From a virus (Duplodnaviria; Caudoviricetes): a stretch of 64,000 bases of DNA. The notes below the pieces were generated by a model, which was given only the letters and a program-made list of their open reading frames with translations, did no database searches and had not been told where the DNA came from. Location: positions 1-64,000 of the IMG/VR virus record IMGVR_UViG_2671180089_000001; one strand, written 5' to 3'. The translations under genes were made by a program, and so were the position numbers. Shown one piece after another: positions 38,506-47,734 of this stretch; the stretch's first letter is position 1; each line of letters starts with the position of its first letter.

Positions 38506-39788
38506 ACGGCGACTTCCTGGGGAGCTTGCCGGCCGGAGAGCTCGGCGGCCGCTTCGGCGAGGCTGGGCGAGGTGTAGTGGTGAGCGACCCGGGCGAGCCA
38601 TGCTGCGTTCGCCAACAGGTCGTTGTGCATGGGCATCTGGGAGCCGGCCGCGTACGTGGCGGGCTCCTCGCCCTCGACCGCCTTCCTGCGGGCGACGCGC
38701 AGGGTGATGGCCTCCCGGGCGGCGCGGGCGTCGTCGCCGCGCAGGCCTGCGCTGTGGGCGATGTCGAGGGCCTGGCGGTGGACGTCCTGGCTGATCCAGG
38801 GCAGGAGGGTGAACCACGCGTCGGAAATGTCGACGACGCGCTTGTCGAGCCGGTCGTACAGGTCGCGGGCCCGGCGCCGTTCCTCGCGCGGCGAGTCGGT
38901 CTCCTGAAGGCGGCGCAGGATGACGTCCGATGGGAGGACGGAGACGAGTTCCTCCCACAGCGGGCGCAGGGCGAGCAGGCCGTGGCGGTGCTGGAGCGCG
39001 CGGATGAGTAGCTCGGCGGCGCGTACGGAGCTGCCGATGATGACCAGGAGGATTGTCACCATCTGGAGCAGGGATCCGCCGCGGTGGAACTCGCCCTCGC
39101 TGAGGGGGAACGTCCAGTCGGTGAAGCCGCAGACCAGGAACGAGAGCCGGTAGACGGGGTAGAAGGTGCCTGTCCCGGCCCCCGCGGCCATCAGGCGCAT
39201 GCACAGCCGCAGAAGCCGGTCGTCGGTGCGCCGAGCAACAGTGAGGCAGAGCAGCGCCGAGGGGGCCAGGGCCGCACCCATGGTCAGCAGGTACAGCGCC
39301 AGGTGCACCGTGCCGGCAACGTTGCCGTACTGGGCGCTCGCGAAGTCGGCGGATCCGTCGGGGGCGATGACGGAGGGGGAGGAGAACGGGAAGACAAGGG
39401 AGGCCGCGATGCTGGTTCCGAGCAGGAAGACCATGCGGGGTTTGAAGGAGACCCAGCGGCGCCAGGCCGGTTCCTCCTCCAGGGGTGGTACGACCGACTC
39501 GACCCATCCCACCAGGAGAATGCAGGCGACCATCACGGCCAGGTGCTTGGGGAGCACCGCGGCGTCGTGAAGGCCGGTGTGCTGGTTCAGGAAGTCCTCG
39601 ATGAACGACAGGCGCAGCGTGGCGCCGGCCGCGAGGGCGGCAAAGGTCGCAAGGATCGCCCGCTTCCCGCTCGTCCGTGCCGTGTCGCGATCCTGCTTGC
39701 GGTCGCGGATCTCCTGATAGGTGCGGATGCCGACCACCAGCCAGAGCGGGATGGTGGTGAACAAGTCAATGACGTCGTCGGTAGGCAC
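38502..39788 (-). CDS. MAB_1171c-like multi-pass membrane protein with a cytoplasmic C-terminal domain
   Basis: About 7 TM helices, then LRPLWEEL...RVVDISDA...WLARVA. Confidence 0.75.
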   Translation of the reverse strand: MPTDDVIDLFTTIPLWLVVGIRTYQEIRDRKQDRDTARTSGKRAILATFAALAAGATLRLSFIEDFLNQHTGLHDAAVLPKHLAVMVACILLVGWVESVVPPLEEEPAWRRWVSFKPRMVFLLGTSIAASLVFPFSSPSVIAPDGSADFASAQYGNVAGTVHLALYLLTMGAALAPSALLCLTVARRTDDRLLRLCMRLMAAGAGTGTFYPVYRLSFLVCGFTDWTFPLSEGEFHRGGSLLQMVTILLVIIGSSVRAAELLIRALQHRHGLLALRPLWEELVSVLPSDVILRRLQETDSPREERRRARDLYDRLDKRVVDISDAWFTLLPWISQDVHRQALDIAHSAGLRGDDARAAREAITLRVARRKAVEGEEPATYAAGSQMPMHNDLLANAAWLARVAHHYTSPSLAEAAAELSGRQAPQEVAV

Positions 39789-39813
39789 GGGGGCTCTCAG
39801 CGGCAGGTGGGGG

Positions 39814-40347
39814 TCACAGGCTGTGGTGCAGCCGGTCGACCAAGGGGTCGTGGTGGCGGGTGTCGCGGGCCTGCTCGGCAGCCTGCCGGCGCAGCAGGTA
39901 GGCGAACCCTTCAGCCTCATTCTCGATCCGGACGTACTCGGGATCCTGGGGCCCCTCGTGCGAACGGGCCCGGCCGAACAGACAGCCGTCGAGGAAGTCG
40001 GGGCCGAGGAACTCGTACGGCTTCGGCTTGACGGGCAGGAGGAGCGGCTTGTGGCCCATCTCCTGGTGGCCCCACTCGTGGCCGAGGTTGTGCACCGCGG
40101 CGGAGCCCGTGAGGGCAGCGTCCACCCAGACGGCGTCCGGGCCGTCGCCAGGGCGTTGGACCCACAAGGCGTTCGCATGCAGGCCGGGGATGGGTGAGGG
40201 CCCGCGCAGCAGCTCCAGAAGGCGTCCGTAGCGGAGCTGGTAGCGCTCCTGCATCAACGCGAACAGCGTGTCGAACGTCAGCGGGGACGGGAGGGTGACG
40301 GCGGCAAGGGCCTGGCGGATCTTGCGGTCATGGGCGGATTGGATCAC
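39814..40347 (-). CDS. ImmA/IrrE-like HExxH metallopeptidase
   Basis: HNLGHEWGH and ENEAEGFA. Confidence 0.75.
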   Translation of the reverse strand: MIQSAHDRKIRQALAAVTLPSPLTFDTLFALMQERYQLRYGRLLELLRGPSPIPGLHANALWVQRPGDGPDAVWVDAALTGSAAVHNLGHEWGHQEMGHKPLLLPVKPKPYEFLGPDFLDGCLFGRARSHEGPQDPEYVRIENEAEGFAYLLRRQAAEQARDTRHHDPLVDRLHHSL

Positions 40348-40388
40348 CGGATTTGGACACCTGCAGGGGGACTAGTCGGTGGACGGGA

Positions 40389-40901
40389 CTACTGGAAAGG
40401 GCCGGTCTCGCTCTCCATCGCCTCGAGCTGCGCGAGCTGCTCGGCGTACCGGGCGACACGCGCCTGCCCGGCAGGGGACAGCCTGCGGGTTGTCCGGGCA
40501 AGGACACGAATCTCCGGAGGCTCCGGATCTTCGCTCTGCGTTGGACGTCTGGCGTCGAGGAAGCGTTGCACTTCCTCCACCACCTTCCTGGATGTCTCGC
40601 TGCCCGTGGCTTTGAAGACGTCCAGGGGGAGGCCGAAGAAGTCGGCGAGTATGGACGCCACCTCGATCCCGGGGTTCTTCACGGTGCCGTTGCGGAGCCG
40701 GCGGATGTGCTCATTCGTGATGGTTCCGGCCCCGAACTTCTTGTTGATCGCGTCGGCGATCTCCGTGTTCGTGGGCTCGATGAACTCACCGGGTCTGGTC
40801 GGGTCCTCCTTGGCCTGGGCCTTGAGAAGAAGGCCGAGCACGTCCTGGAACGTGTGGACCTGCGCGCTGGCAGCGTCCTGGGCATGGGGGTCTGCAGTCA
40901 C
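40389..40901 (-). CDS. EspR/XRE-like HTH regulator
   Basis: TNTEIADAI...ITNEHIRRLRNGTVKNPG...LADFFG. Confidence 0.8.
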   Translation of the reverse strand: MTADPHAQDAASAQVHTFQDVLGLLLKAQAKEDPTRPGEFIEPTNTEIADAINKKFGAGTITNEHIRRLRNGTVKNPGIEVASILADFFGLPLDVFKATGSETSRKVVEEVQRFLDARRPTQSEDPEPPEIRVLARTTRRLSPAGQARVARYAEQLAQLEAMESETGPFQ

Positions 40902-41227
40902 GGTGGAGTGATCTTCCTTGGCGGGATGGTGATGGCCTCACCCTAACTGTCATCCACCGATCGTTTGATGGAACACAAGTTTCAACCACAGATTGTTTGA
41001 CGTTTCACCCTTCGACCATCTTTGATGGTTCGCGAAACAGCGCGCTCGGCCGGTTACCGGCCGTGCGCACCCGTGCAGTCATCGCCACAGGTCGCGCCCA
41101 GGAAGGCATCTCGTGCTACCGCACCCCTCGTATCGCTCCGTGCGCCTCATCAAGCGCATGATTCCGCCGCTCTGACCTCTGCACACGCTAGCCGGTTTCG
41201 AACTAGCATTCGAAAACGTGCTACCTG

Positions 41228-41710
41228 ATGGAACGGACCATCGTGACGATCTCCGACGCCGCCCCCCACAACTGGCCTCCGCGCGCCCTCATGGGGGAGG
41301 GAGGTGCCGCCCTCCTGCTTGGCGTTGAGAACTCCGTCGACTTCGTCATCGGTCCCGACGTCGCGCCGATCGAGGCCATGGAACGCGCTTACGCCACGGC
41401 GGCGCTGCTCCTGCCTCGGCTCCTCAAGGGCGCGCCTTATGCCGACCGGACGGGCGACGAGGTCCAGGCCGTGCTCCAAGAGCTGGTAGACGTGACCGCC
41501 CGGCACTGCGCCGGCGCCGGTCTGGTAGCCCGGATCGCGTATGACGGCGGTGACGTCACGGTGTCGGTCGGGGACATGACCGGCGCGCTGCCTGCGCCCG
41601 AGGTCGAACCGGGGCTGTATCTGGTGTACCGCCTGGCCTCCGACGTGGGTCAGCACGTCGGCGACCATGGCGGCTGGGTCACCTGGGCTTCCGTTCCTTG
41701 TTCACGCTGA
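41228..41710 (+). CDS. Degenerate HATPase_c (anti-sigma-like ATP-binding) protein
   Basis: ELVDVTARH, VSVGD, PGLYLVYRLA and VTWA resemble degenerate N, D and G boxes. Confidence 0.6.
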   Translation: MERTIVTISDAAPHNWPPRALMGEGGAALLLGVENSVDFVIGPDVAPIEAMERAYATAALLLPRLLKGAPYADRTGDEVQAVLQELVDVTARHCAGAGLVARIAYDGGDVTVSVGDMTGALPAPEVEPGLYLVYRLASDVGQHVGDHGGWVTWASVPCSR

Positions 41711-42005
41711 GCAGCCCATCGTGCCCCGGTTAAACCTCAGCCACCGAAAGCCCGCCACGACGCGCCGGTAGGTGAGTGCTTTGGCGCGCGTGGCCAGTTC
41801 AACCCCCTCCGGTATCAGCCACTCCATTACTGCTTCACGGCCTCGGCCACAGACGTCCGGCACGGTCGCATGTGGCCGCGCCACCCACCCCGAGGACCGG
41901 AGCGCTTGCGCGAGGACCGCAGGGCCACCCGTACGGCGGCGCGGTCGACCGCGGGCGCCAGCCTCTTACAGATAGCAGCAGCCCTCTGACCTGCGAAAAC
42001 GTGAT

Positions 42006-42116
42006 CGATCTATTCCTCTTGCGTGAATAGATCGTCTGGCAAACAGGGGCGTTGTATTCCGCCTAGCGGCATAGATCGTGTGCGTCAAGGGTATTGCCGC
42101 GACACGCGAATAGAAC
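42006..42116. repeat. AT-richer region with (GA)ATAGATCG repeats; candidate plasmid origin/operator
   Basis: CGATCTATTC 42006-42015, GAATAGATCG 42025-42034, ATAGATCG 42071-42078, GAATAGAAC 42108-42116. Confidence 0.55.
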
Positions 42117-42179
42117 TCTGCAAAAGTTGCGTCCTGTGCTAAGTTTTGCACTCCCAGGACGGAGGAAGGAGCAGGTCAA

Positions 42180-42728
42180 GTGCCTACACCTGCAAGGCGC
42201 TCAGCAGCAGTAACACCGCCGCTGACGGCCCGGCAGCGTCTTGCCCCCGTACCGCCTTCAGCGCCGTCGGACGACGTGCTGCGCGACATGGTCAAGGCGC
42301 TCGACAAAGTCGCGACCAACGGCGGGCTTATCAGCTCGGATCCGCCGAAGCGGCCGTACCAGTTCGCCAGCGGCCAGCACATCAGTCTCGACACTGACCT
42401 CCAGGCGAACCTTTGGCAGTTTGGTCTGTCGCCCATGGCCCGTGACCTGCTGGACCACATGGCCACCCACCATGACGACCGGGGCGAGTTGCTGACCACG
42501 CAGAAGAAGCTCGCGACGCACTTCGGGTGCTCGCAACCGAAGGTCAGCAAAGCCCTTACTCAACTCGATAAGCTGCATTTTGCCTGGAAGGTTCGCCGGG
42601 GGGTGCTGCAGGTGAACCCCACATACGCTTACCGGTGGGGCAGCAGGAAGCAGCGCGCCCTGATCGCACAACTCGGAGCGAAGTTCCTCCGGGAGCGCAC
42701 CATCGTGATTCCAGAGGCCGGGAGGTAG
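42180..42728 (+). CDS. RepL-like winged-HTH replication/maintenance protein
   Basis: TQKKLATHFGCSQPKVSKALTQL...RRGVLQVNPTYAYRWG. Confidence 0.7.
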   Translation: MPTPARRSAAVTPPLTARQRLAPVPPSAPSDDVLRDMVKALDKVATNGGLISSDPPKRPYQFASGQHISLDTDLQANLWQFGLSPMARDLLDHMATHHDDRGELLTTQKKLATHFGCSQPKVSKALTQLDKLHFAWKVRRGVLQVNPTYAYRWGSRKQRALIAQLGAKFLRERTIVIPEAGR

Positions 42729-42730
42729 TT

Positions 42731-43195
42731 GTGAGCACCGCGCTTGTCCGCAACCCCGATATGTTCGAGCGACTGCCTGACGCGAGTCTGGGCAAGACAG
42801 CCCGGGATGTCTTCGACATCCTCCAGGCTCGCCAGGAGCCGGCTGGCCTCGTCCGCATCTCACAGAAGCAGATCGCGGAGCGCCTGGGCATCACAGTGCC
42901 GTCAGTCTCCCGTGCCATAGGAGAGCTCAAGGACCGCGGGCTCGTCCACCCCCGGACCGTGCACGGCAAGGTCCAGATTCACCCACTGTTCGCGGCGTAC
43001 GAGTCGATGGCGCACATGGTGAACCATCTCAAGGAGGAGGGGACGCACCTATGGCCCCTGACCTTCCCCGGCAGGATGGTGCAGCTTCCGTCTGGAAATG
43101 ACCCGCGCGCGGGCACGTCCTTCGATCCGGACCCAGATGGAGGGGAGCCGGCGCCGCTGCCCGACGCAAAGCCTCCCCTGCGAATCGCAAGCTGA
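42731..43195 (+). CDS. Second RepL-like winged-HTH protein
   Basis: SQKQIAERLGITVPSVSRAIGELKDRGLV...VQIHPLFA; RBS GGAGG. Confidence 0.7.
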   Translation: MSTALVRNPDMFERLPDASLGKTARDVFDILQARQEPAGLVRISQKQIAERLGITVPSVSRAIGELKDRGLVHPRTVHGKVQIHPLFAAYESMAHMVNHLKEEGTHLWPLTFPGRMVQLPSGNDPRAGTSFDPDPDGGEPAPLPDAKPPLRIAS

Positions 43196-43213
43196 CCGGT
43201 CCGCACTTGTAGA

Positions 43214-43245
43214 AGGGGCGTCAACCTGGCCCGGTTGACGCCCCT
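43214..43245. terminator. Terminator hairpin
   Basis: AGGGGCGTCAACC / GGTTGACGCCCCT. Confidence 0.75.
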
Positions 43246-43334
43246 CTTAGCTACCCTGATTCCTCGCCGGAGCCAGGTACTGCTTGGTCCCGAGAATACA
43301 GGCTCCGGACCAGGCCCGGGCCGCCGTCACCTCG

Positions 43335-43856
43335 TCAGCCGGGTCGGCGCAGCCTGCTCGCCGTGCCGGCGACGGTCTCGGCGTCGTCCCGGTTCTCGTA
43401 CCAGGAGACCGGCAAGTTGTGTTCCTCGGTGTCGACGACGGCGAACGGCTGCAGGCGGCCGTGCAGGACGACGTTGTCGTAGGGCCGGTACTCGACGCCG
43501 AAGCGTTCGGCCGGCTCGCCGTCGCGGCCGCCGAGGTTCGCCAGGCGCTCGAGGATCCGGGACACGTCCACCCCGGTCGGCGAAGTGGGGCGCGGGCGCC
43601 GACGCCCCGGGGGTTCCGGCAGGTCGTCGGGTTTGACCCCCAGGTCCTGCAGGGCCTGGGGGAGGTAGCCCAGGTGCCGGGCGACGATGTAGTCGTTCTG
43701 CTCCTGGAGCGTCCCGAGCTCGCGGTTGCCCAGGCGGACGTAGAGGGCGAGCAGCTCCTCGAGGGCCGCGGCCGCGGCACGCTCGTCGCGTCCGGCACGA
43801 GCCGTACGGATCTGCTCGGTCAGCGGGCCGGCGACAGCGGCGAACGAGTCAGACAC
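43335..43856 (-). CDS. Hypothetical protein
   Basis: RBS AGGAG before GTG. Confidence 0.6.
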   Translation of the reverse strand: MSDSFAAVAGPLTEQIRTARAGRDERAAAAALEELLALYVRLGNRELGTLQEQNDYIVARHLGYLPQALQDLGVKPDDLPEPPGRRRPRPTSPTGVDVSRILERLANLGGRDGEPAERFGVEYRPYDNVVLHGRLQPFAVVDTEEHNLPVSWYENRDDAETVAGTASRLRRPG

Positions 43857-44039
43857 GAAGTGGCTCCTACCCACGTCGGGAGGTACGGACGCGCCACGCT
43901 ACTACCCACCCCGATGGTTCCGGATAACGGGCCAGGGCGCCCCCCTCTCCTAGGTGCTTTTCGCGCGCGCAGCCCACGCGCCTCGCGGCGCGGCTGGCAA
44001 GGAGGGAGGGGCGCCCTGGCCCGTTATCCAATTGATCAG

Positions 44040-44312
44040 TCAGGCGAGGGTCGCGGCCGGCGTGCGCAGCTCCTCGACGACCCGCATCACGTAGAACCCG
44101 AGCCGATCGGGCTCCCGTCTCGTACGCAGGAGACCACGGCGCCGGCCGGTGCGGATGACCAGCCGCAACGTTTCACGAGGTAGCCCCACGTCTTCCACAT
44201 GCGCAGCCGCAGCCGCGGCCGGGATCCACTCCTCGTACGGGAATCTCATCAGGGCCGCGTAGAAGTTGACCGTGTCGGCGGCCGCAGGCGCGGGCGAGGC
44301 GTGCGAGGACAT
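44040..44312 (-). CDS. Small winged-helix-like protein
   Basis: LPRETLRLVIRTGRRRGLLRTRR; AGAGCAA hairpin 44347-44365; early-box variant 44387-44405. Confidence 0.6.
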   Translation of the reverse strand: MSSHASPAPAAADTVNFYAALMRFPYEEWIPAAAAAAHVEDVGLPRETLRLVIRTGRRRGLLRTRREPDRLGFYVMRVVEELRTPAATLA

Positions 44313-44562
44313 CGCGGGGTGCTCCTTCTCTTCGGGTTGGGCGCCCGCCGAGTTGCTCTCCCGACGCTCGCCTGCAAGGCGGAGATTACAGTAAGCCCAG
44401 GGAAATCTGCCATGGGGCCTCCGACCGGTGACTGGTACAACTTGGCCGGTTATGCTTCCCTCGCGCCACGCGGAAGACGATCCTCCTTTTCCCCGGTTGG
44501 GGGTTCTGGTCCATCGGGCCCGCCAGGGGGCGCTCAGACGGCATATGGGGGGACATCACGCC

Positions 44563-45243
44563 GTGACGGACAGCATCGCAAGCATTGACCAGCTCATCGC
44601 ACGAGCAGCCGCCGGTGGCTCAGACGCGCCGGAGGCCATGAGCGCCTTCTACGCGCGTCTCAACACCACGGTCTACAACTGGGTCCGCCAGTACGTGCGC
44701 GACCCGCACAAGGCCGAGGACCTCGCGCAAGAAGTTTGGATCAAAGTGGCTCAAAACGTGGGCCGTTACCGCCCGGGGACGAACCTCCTGGGCTGGCTGA
44801 TGACCATCACGCGGAACACCGCGGTCGACCACCTGCGCAAGGAACAGCGTCGCCCCACCGAAGTGCTCCAGCCTGATCACCTGCAGCTCGACCGGCCGCG
44901 GCCGGGCCTCTCCGTTCACGAGCAGACCGAGCGCCGGCAGCTCGCGACGGCCATGGTCCAGCGGATGAACGAGCTCAAGCCCGATCAGCGCACTTGCCTG
45001 CGGCTGCGTTTCTACGACGGCCTCAGTCCGGCGCATACTGCGGAGCTCATGGGCAAGACTGAGGGCGCGGTGCGCACCCTGACGGTACGGTCGTTGCGAC
45101 GGCTGGCCCAGGTGCTCCCGGAAGGGGACTCTTCCGCCGATCTGGTGGAGGAGCTGTTGAAGCTCGCGGCAGGCAGAGGAAAAGTTCACGGTGTTCGGGT
45201 CCAGACTTCACAGGAGAGGGCGCCCCATGTTGCAACGCGCTGA
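44563..45243 (+). CDS. ECF RNA polymerase sigma factor, BldN/AdsA-like
   Basis: AEDLAQEVWIK, WLMTITRN...DHLRK, LRFYDGLS...TAELMGKTEGAVRTL. Confidence 0.88.
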   Translation: MTDSIASIDQLIARAAAGGSDAPEAMSAFYARLNTTVYNWVRQYVRDPHKAEDLAQEVWIKVAQNVGRYRPGTNLLGWLMTITRNTAVDHLRKEQRRPTEVLQPDHLQLDRPRPGLSVHEQTERRQLATAMVQRMNELKPDQRTCLRLRFYDGLSPAHTAELMGKTEGAVRTLTVRSLRRLAQVLPEGDSSADLVEELLKLAAGRGKVHGVRVQTSQERAPHVATR

Positions 45244-45616
45244 CAGGGGAGCGGAGCGCCTCGAGCGTGCGCTCGAGGGCGGCCCGATCCCACACGACTC
45301 CGACACCCGCCGCGCCCTGGCGGCCGCAGGCGGCCTGACGCCGGGCCACGGGCGCAACCCTGCCCGCGTCCAGCAGACGCACGACGTGATGATGGCGGCC
45401 TTCATGCGGACCTTGAATCCGTCTGAGGCCCGCGACGACGCCGGCACCGACGACGGCCTGGAGGAGATGGAGCTCCACCGCACGGAAATCACGCTCCCCG
45501 ACGGCGGCCAGCTCGTGGTGTCCGACCTCGAGCAAATCACCCCCGAGCGGCTGGAAGAGGCCGCGCAGATGGCCGCCGAGATACTCGCGCGTAGGGCGAA
45601 GGACCACCACAGTTGA
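45227..45616 (+). CDS. Putative soluble anti-sigma factor (RsbN N-terminus-like)
   Basis: Overlaps the sigma gene; RGAERLERALEG...RALAAA...MMAAF. Confidence 0.5.
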   Translation: MLQRADRGAERLERALEGGPIPHDSDTRRALAAAGGLTPGHGRNPARVQQTHDVMMAAFMRTLNPSEARDDAGTDDGLEEMELHRTEITLPDGGQLVVSDLEQITPERLEEAAQMAAEILARRAKDHHS

Positions 45617-47175
45617 GCAGCCCTACCGACAAGCTCGACATCGTCGTGGGGGAATTCCCCACCGATGCGATGCTGTGCAATCTCAACGGCGTGCGCACCC
45701 TGTTCCTGGGGGTGGACCAGACGTTCGGCCGGGCCGTGAGCAACGTGCGCAACGTACTGCCGGGCATCACCGTCGAGGCCGCCGAACGGATGGTTCGCGA
45801 GCAGGCCCCGGAGCTACGGGACTTCGACGAGCTGCTCGGGCGGACCGATCCCGTCCCGCCCAGCGTTGAGGGGCCCGCCGCCGCCCTGGTGGACGACGCC
45901 GTCAGGGAGCAGCTCCCGCGCGGTGCCGCCAAGCGTCGCCGGAGGGCTGTCCTCGTCGCCGCGCTGCTGCCCGCCCTCGCTGCAAGCTGGGCGGTAGGCC
46001 GGTACACGAACATCGACGACGCCACATCGACGACCGCAGCCAGCGCGCCGGACGCCTCACCGAGTCTGGCTGATGCCGACGTGGTGAAGGCACCCTTCGC
46101 CGACCCCCAATTCAAGTGGTTCAGCGGGTCGAGCGAGATCGTGTGCGACCCGATAAACGCACTTGAGGCGGAGTGCACCGACTCCGACGGCATAGTGATG
46201 GCGACGAAGGCCGCGACCGGTCCGGACTCGACGATCTTCACGTTCTCGTACGGCAGCGAACGCATCGGCCTGCGGATCTTCTACGACGCCAAGTACGCGG
46301 CAACCTGGGCTAAGCAAGACGGCTCCCGAGAGCTGTACCCGAACATGCGGACCCACGACCGGTACATCCTGTGGGGCACGGACCCCGACCGGATCAGGGA
46401 GTACAACGACCTCCTGGAGGACGCGGACAAGACGTCCGGGCCGACCGCGATGGGCGGCGCCACGCCGCTGCCGCCGCGGCTGGCCGCGCTCACGCTGGGC
46501 ACGCTCGGACTGGACGACCACGAGGTGACGCAGATCATCGCCGCCCCCCAGGCGGCGCCGACTGACACTCCCACCCTGCTCGCCGCCCGCCTGGTGCTGG
46601 GTCTGGACAGCACACCCACCTGGCCCGAGCCGGGCGACGACGACATCGTGGCACTCGCGGCCGGGATCGAGCCGAACCCGCCGACCACGTCTCCCTCCGG
46701 AGGCGGCACGTCCATGGTGGTGCCGGTCGTCGAGCCGGACGTATCCGTCACGCCCACGGCGTCGGCGGGCGGTTCGGAAACGGACACCACGCCTTCCGGC
46801 GGAGGGACAGGGACGTCCCCGACGTCGCCTCCGGTGACCGATCCGACGCCGAACGATCCCGAGCCGTCCACCCCCACCACGCCGACTCCACCCCCGGTGA
46901 CGGACCCGACGCCGAGTGGCCCCAAGACGACGCCTCCGGTGACGGACCCGACGCCGAGTGTTCCCAAGCCGACACCGCCGGCCACCGAGCAGCCGCCGCC
47001 GGCCGAGGAGACTCCGCCGCCCGTGGAGGAGACTCCGCCGCCTGTCGAAACCCCGGCGCCGCCAGTGGAGGAGACTCCGCCCACGGGGCAGGACGGAACC
47101 ATTCCGGCCGGGCCGGAGGAGAGCGGGGACGACCTGCTGATCCTGGACTCAGCCTGGACCGTCTCAGCCGCATGA
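45613..47175 (+). CDS. Single-pass membrane protein with a Pro/Thr-rich repeat tail
   Basis: TM after RRRRA; PPVTDPTP and PPVEETP repeats. Confidence 0.75.
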   Translation: MSSPTDKLDIVVGEFPTDAMLCNLNGVRTLFLGVDQTFGRAVSNVRNVLPGITVEAAERMVREQAPELRDFDELLGRTDPVPPSVEGPAAALVDDAVREQLPRGAAKRRRRAVLVAALLPALAASWAVGRYTNIDDATSTTAASAPDASPSLADADVVKAPFADPQFKWFSGSSEIVCDPINALEAECTDSDGIVMATKAATGPDSTIFTFSYGSERIGLRIFYDAKYAATWAKQDGSRELYPNMRTHDRYILWGTDPDRIREYNDLLEDADKTSGPTAMGGATPLPPRLAALTLGTLGLDDHEVTQIIAAPQAAPTDTPTLLAARLVLGLDSTPTWPEPGDDDIVALAAGIEPNPPTTSPSGGGTSMVVPVVEPDVSVTPTASAGGSETDTTPSGGGTGTSPTSPPVTDPTPNDPEPSTPTTPTPPPVTDPTPSGPKTTPPVTDPTPSVPKPTPPATEQPPPAEETPPPVEETPPPVETPAPPVEETPPTGQDGTIPAGPEESGDDLLILDSAWTVSAA

Positions 47176-47180
47176 GACAA

Positions 47181-47216
47181 GCGAAGGGCCCCGGACATCA
47201 GTCCGGGGCCCTTCGC
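47181..47216. terminator. Bidirectional terminator
   Basis: GCGAAGGGCCCCGGAC / GTCCGGGGCCCTTCGC. Confidence 0.8.
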
Positions 47217-47226
47217 GTGCCTGGTG

Positions 47227-47676
47227 TCAGAACGGCGGCTCTTGGGTCGCCCACGGATCGTCGACGGTCGGCCCCTGTGCGGCGGCCGCGGCCGGGCGCT
47301 GCCCACCGCCGCCCGTCGTCTTGGTGACCCGGGCCGTGGCGTTGCGCAGGCTCGGGCCGACCTCCTCAACGTCGAGTTCGTACACGGTGCGCTTGACGCC
47401 CTCACGGTCCTCGTAGGAGCGCTGCTTGAGGCGCCCCTGGACGATGACCCGCATGCCCCGCTGGAGGGACTCGGCCACGTTCTCGGCCGCCTGCCGCCAG
47501 ACCGAGCAGGTGAGGAACAGGCCTTCGCCGTCCTTCCATTCGTTGGTCTGCCGGTCGAAGGTGCGCGGGGTCGAGGCGACGCGGAACTTGGCCACCGCGG
47601 CGCCGGAGGGAGTGAAGCGGAGTTCGGGGTCGTCAACCAGGTTGCCTACGACGGTGATAACGGTCTCGCCTGCCAC
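47227..47676 (-). CDS. ssb: Single-stranded DNA-binding protein
   Basis: [30 protein letters not shown]; C-terminal EPPF. Confidence 0.97.
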   Translation of the reverse strand: MAGETVITVVGNLVDDPELRFTPSGAAVAKFRVASTPRTFDRQTNEWKDGEGLFLTCSVWRQAAENVAESLQRGMRVIVQGRLKQRSYEDREGVKRTVYELDVEEVGPSLRNATARVTKTTGGGGQRPAAAAAQGPTVDDPWATQEPPF

Positions 47677-47734
47677 GGACGGGCCTTTCGAGAATCGGGG
47701 GCCGGCCCGCGGGCGCGGGCCAGCCGGGAAGGGG

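Noticed and set aside
46826-47082. Tandem DNA repeats as a cis element
   Set aside because: They encode the PPVTDPTP/PPVEETP linker of the membrane protein.
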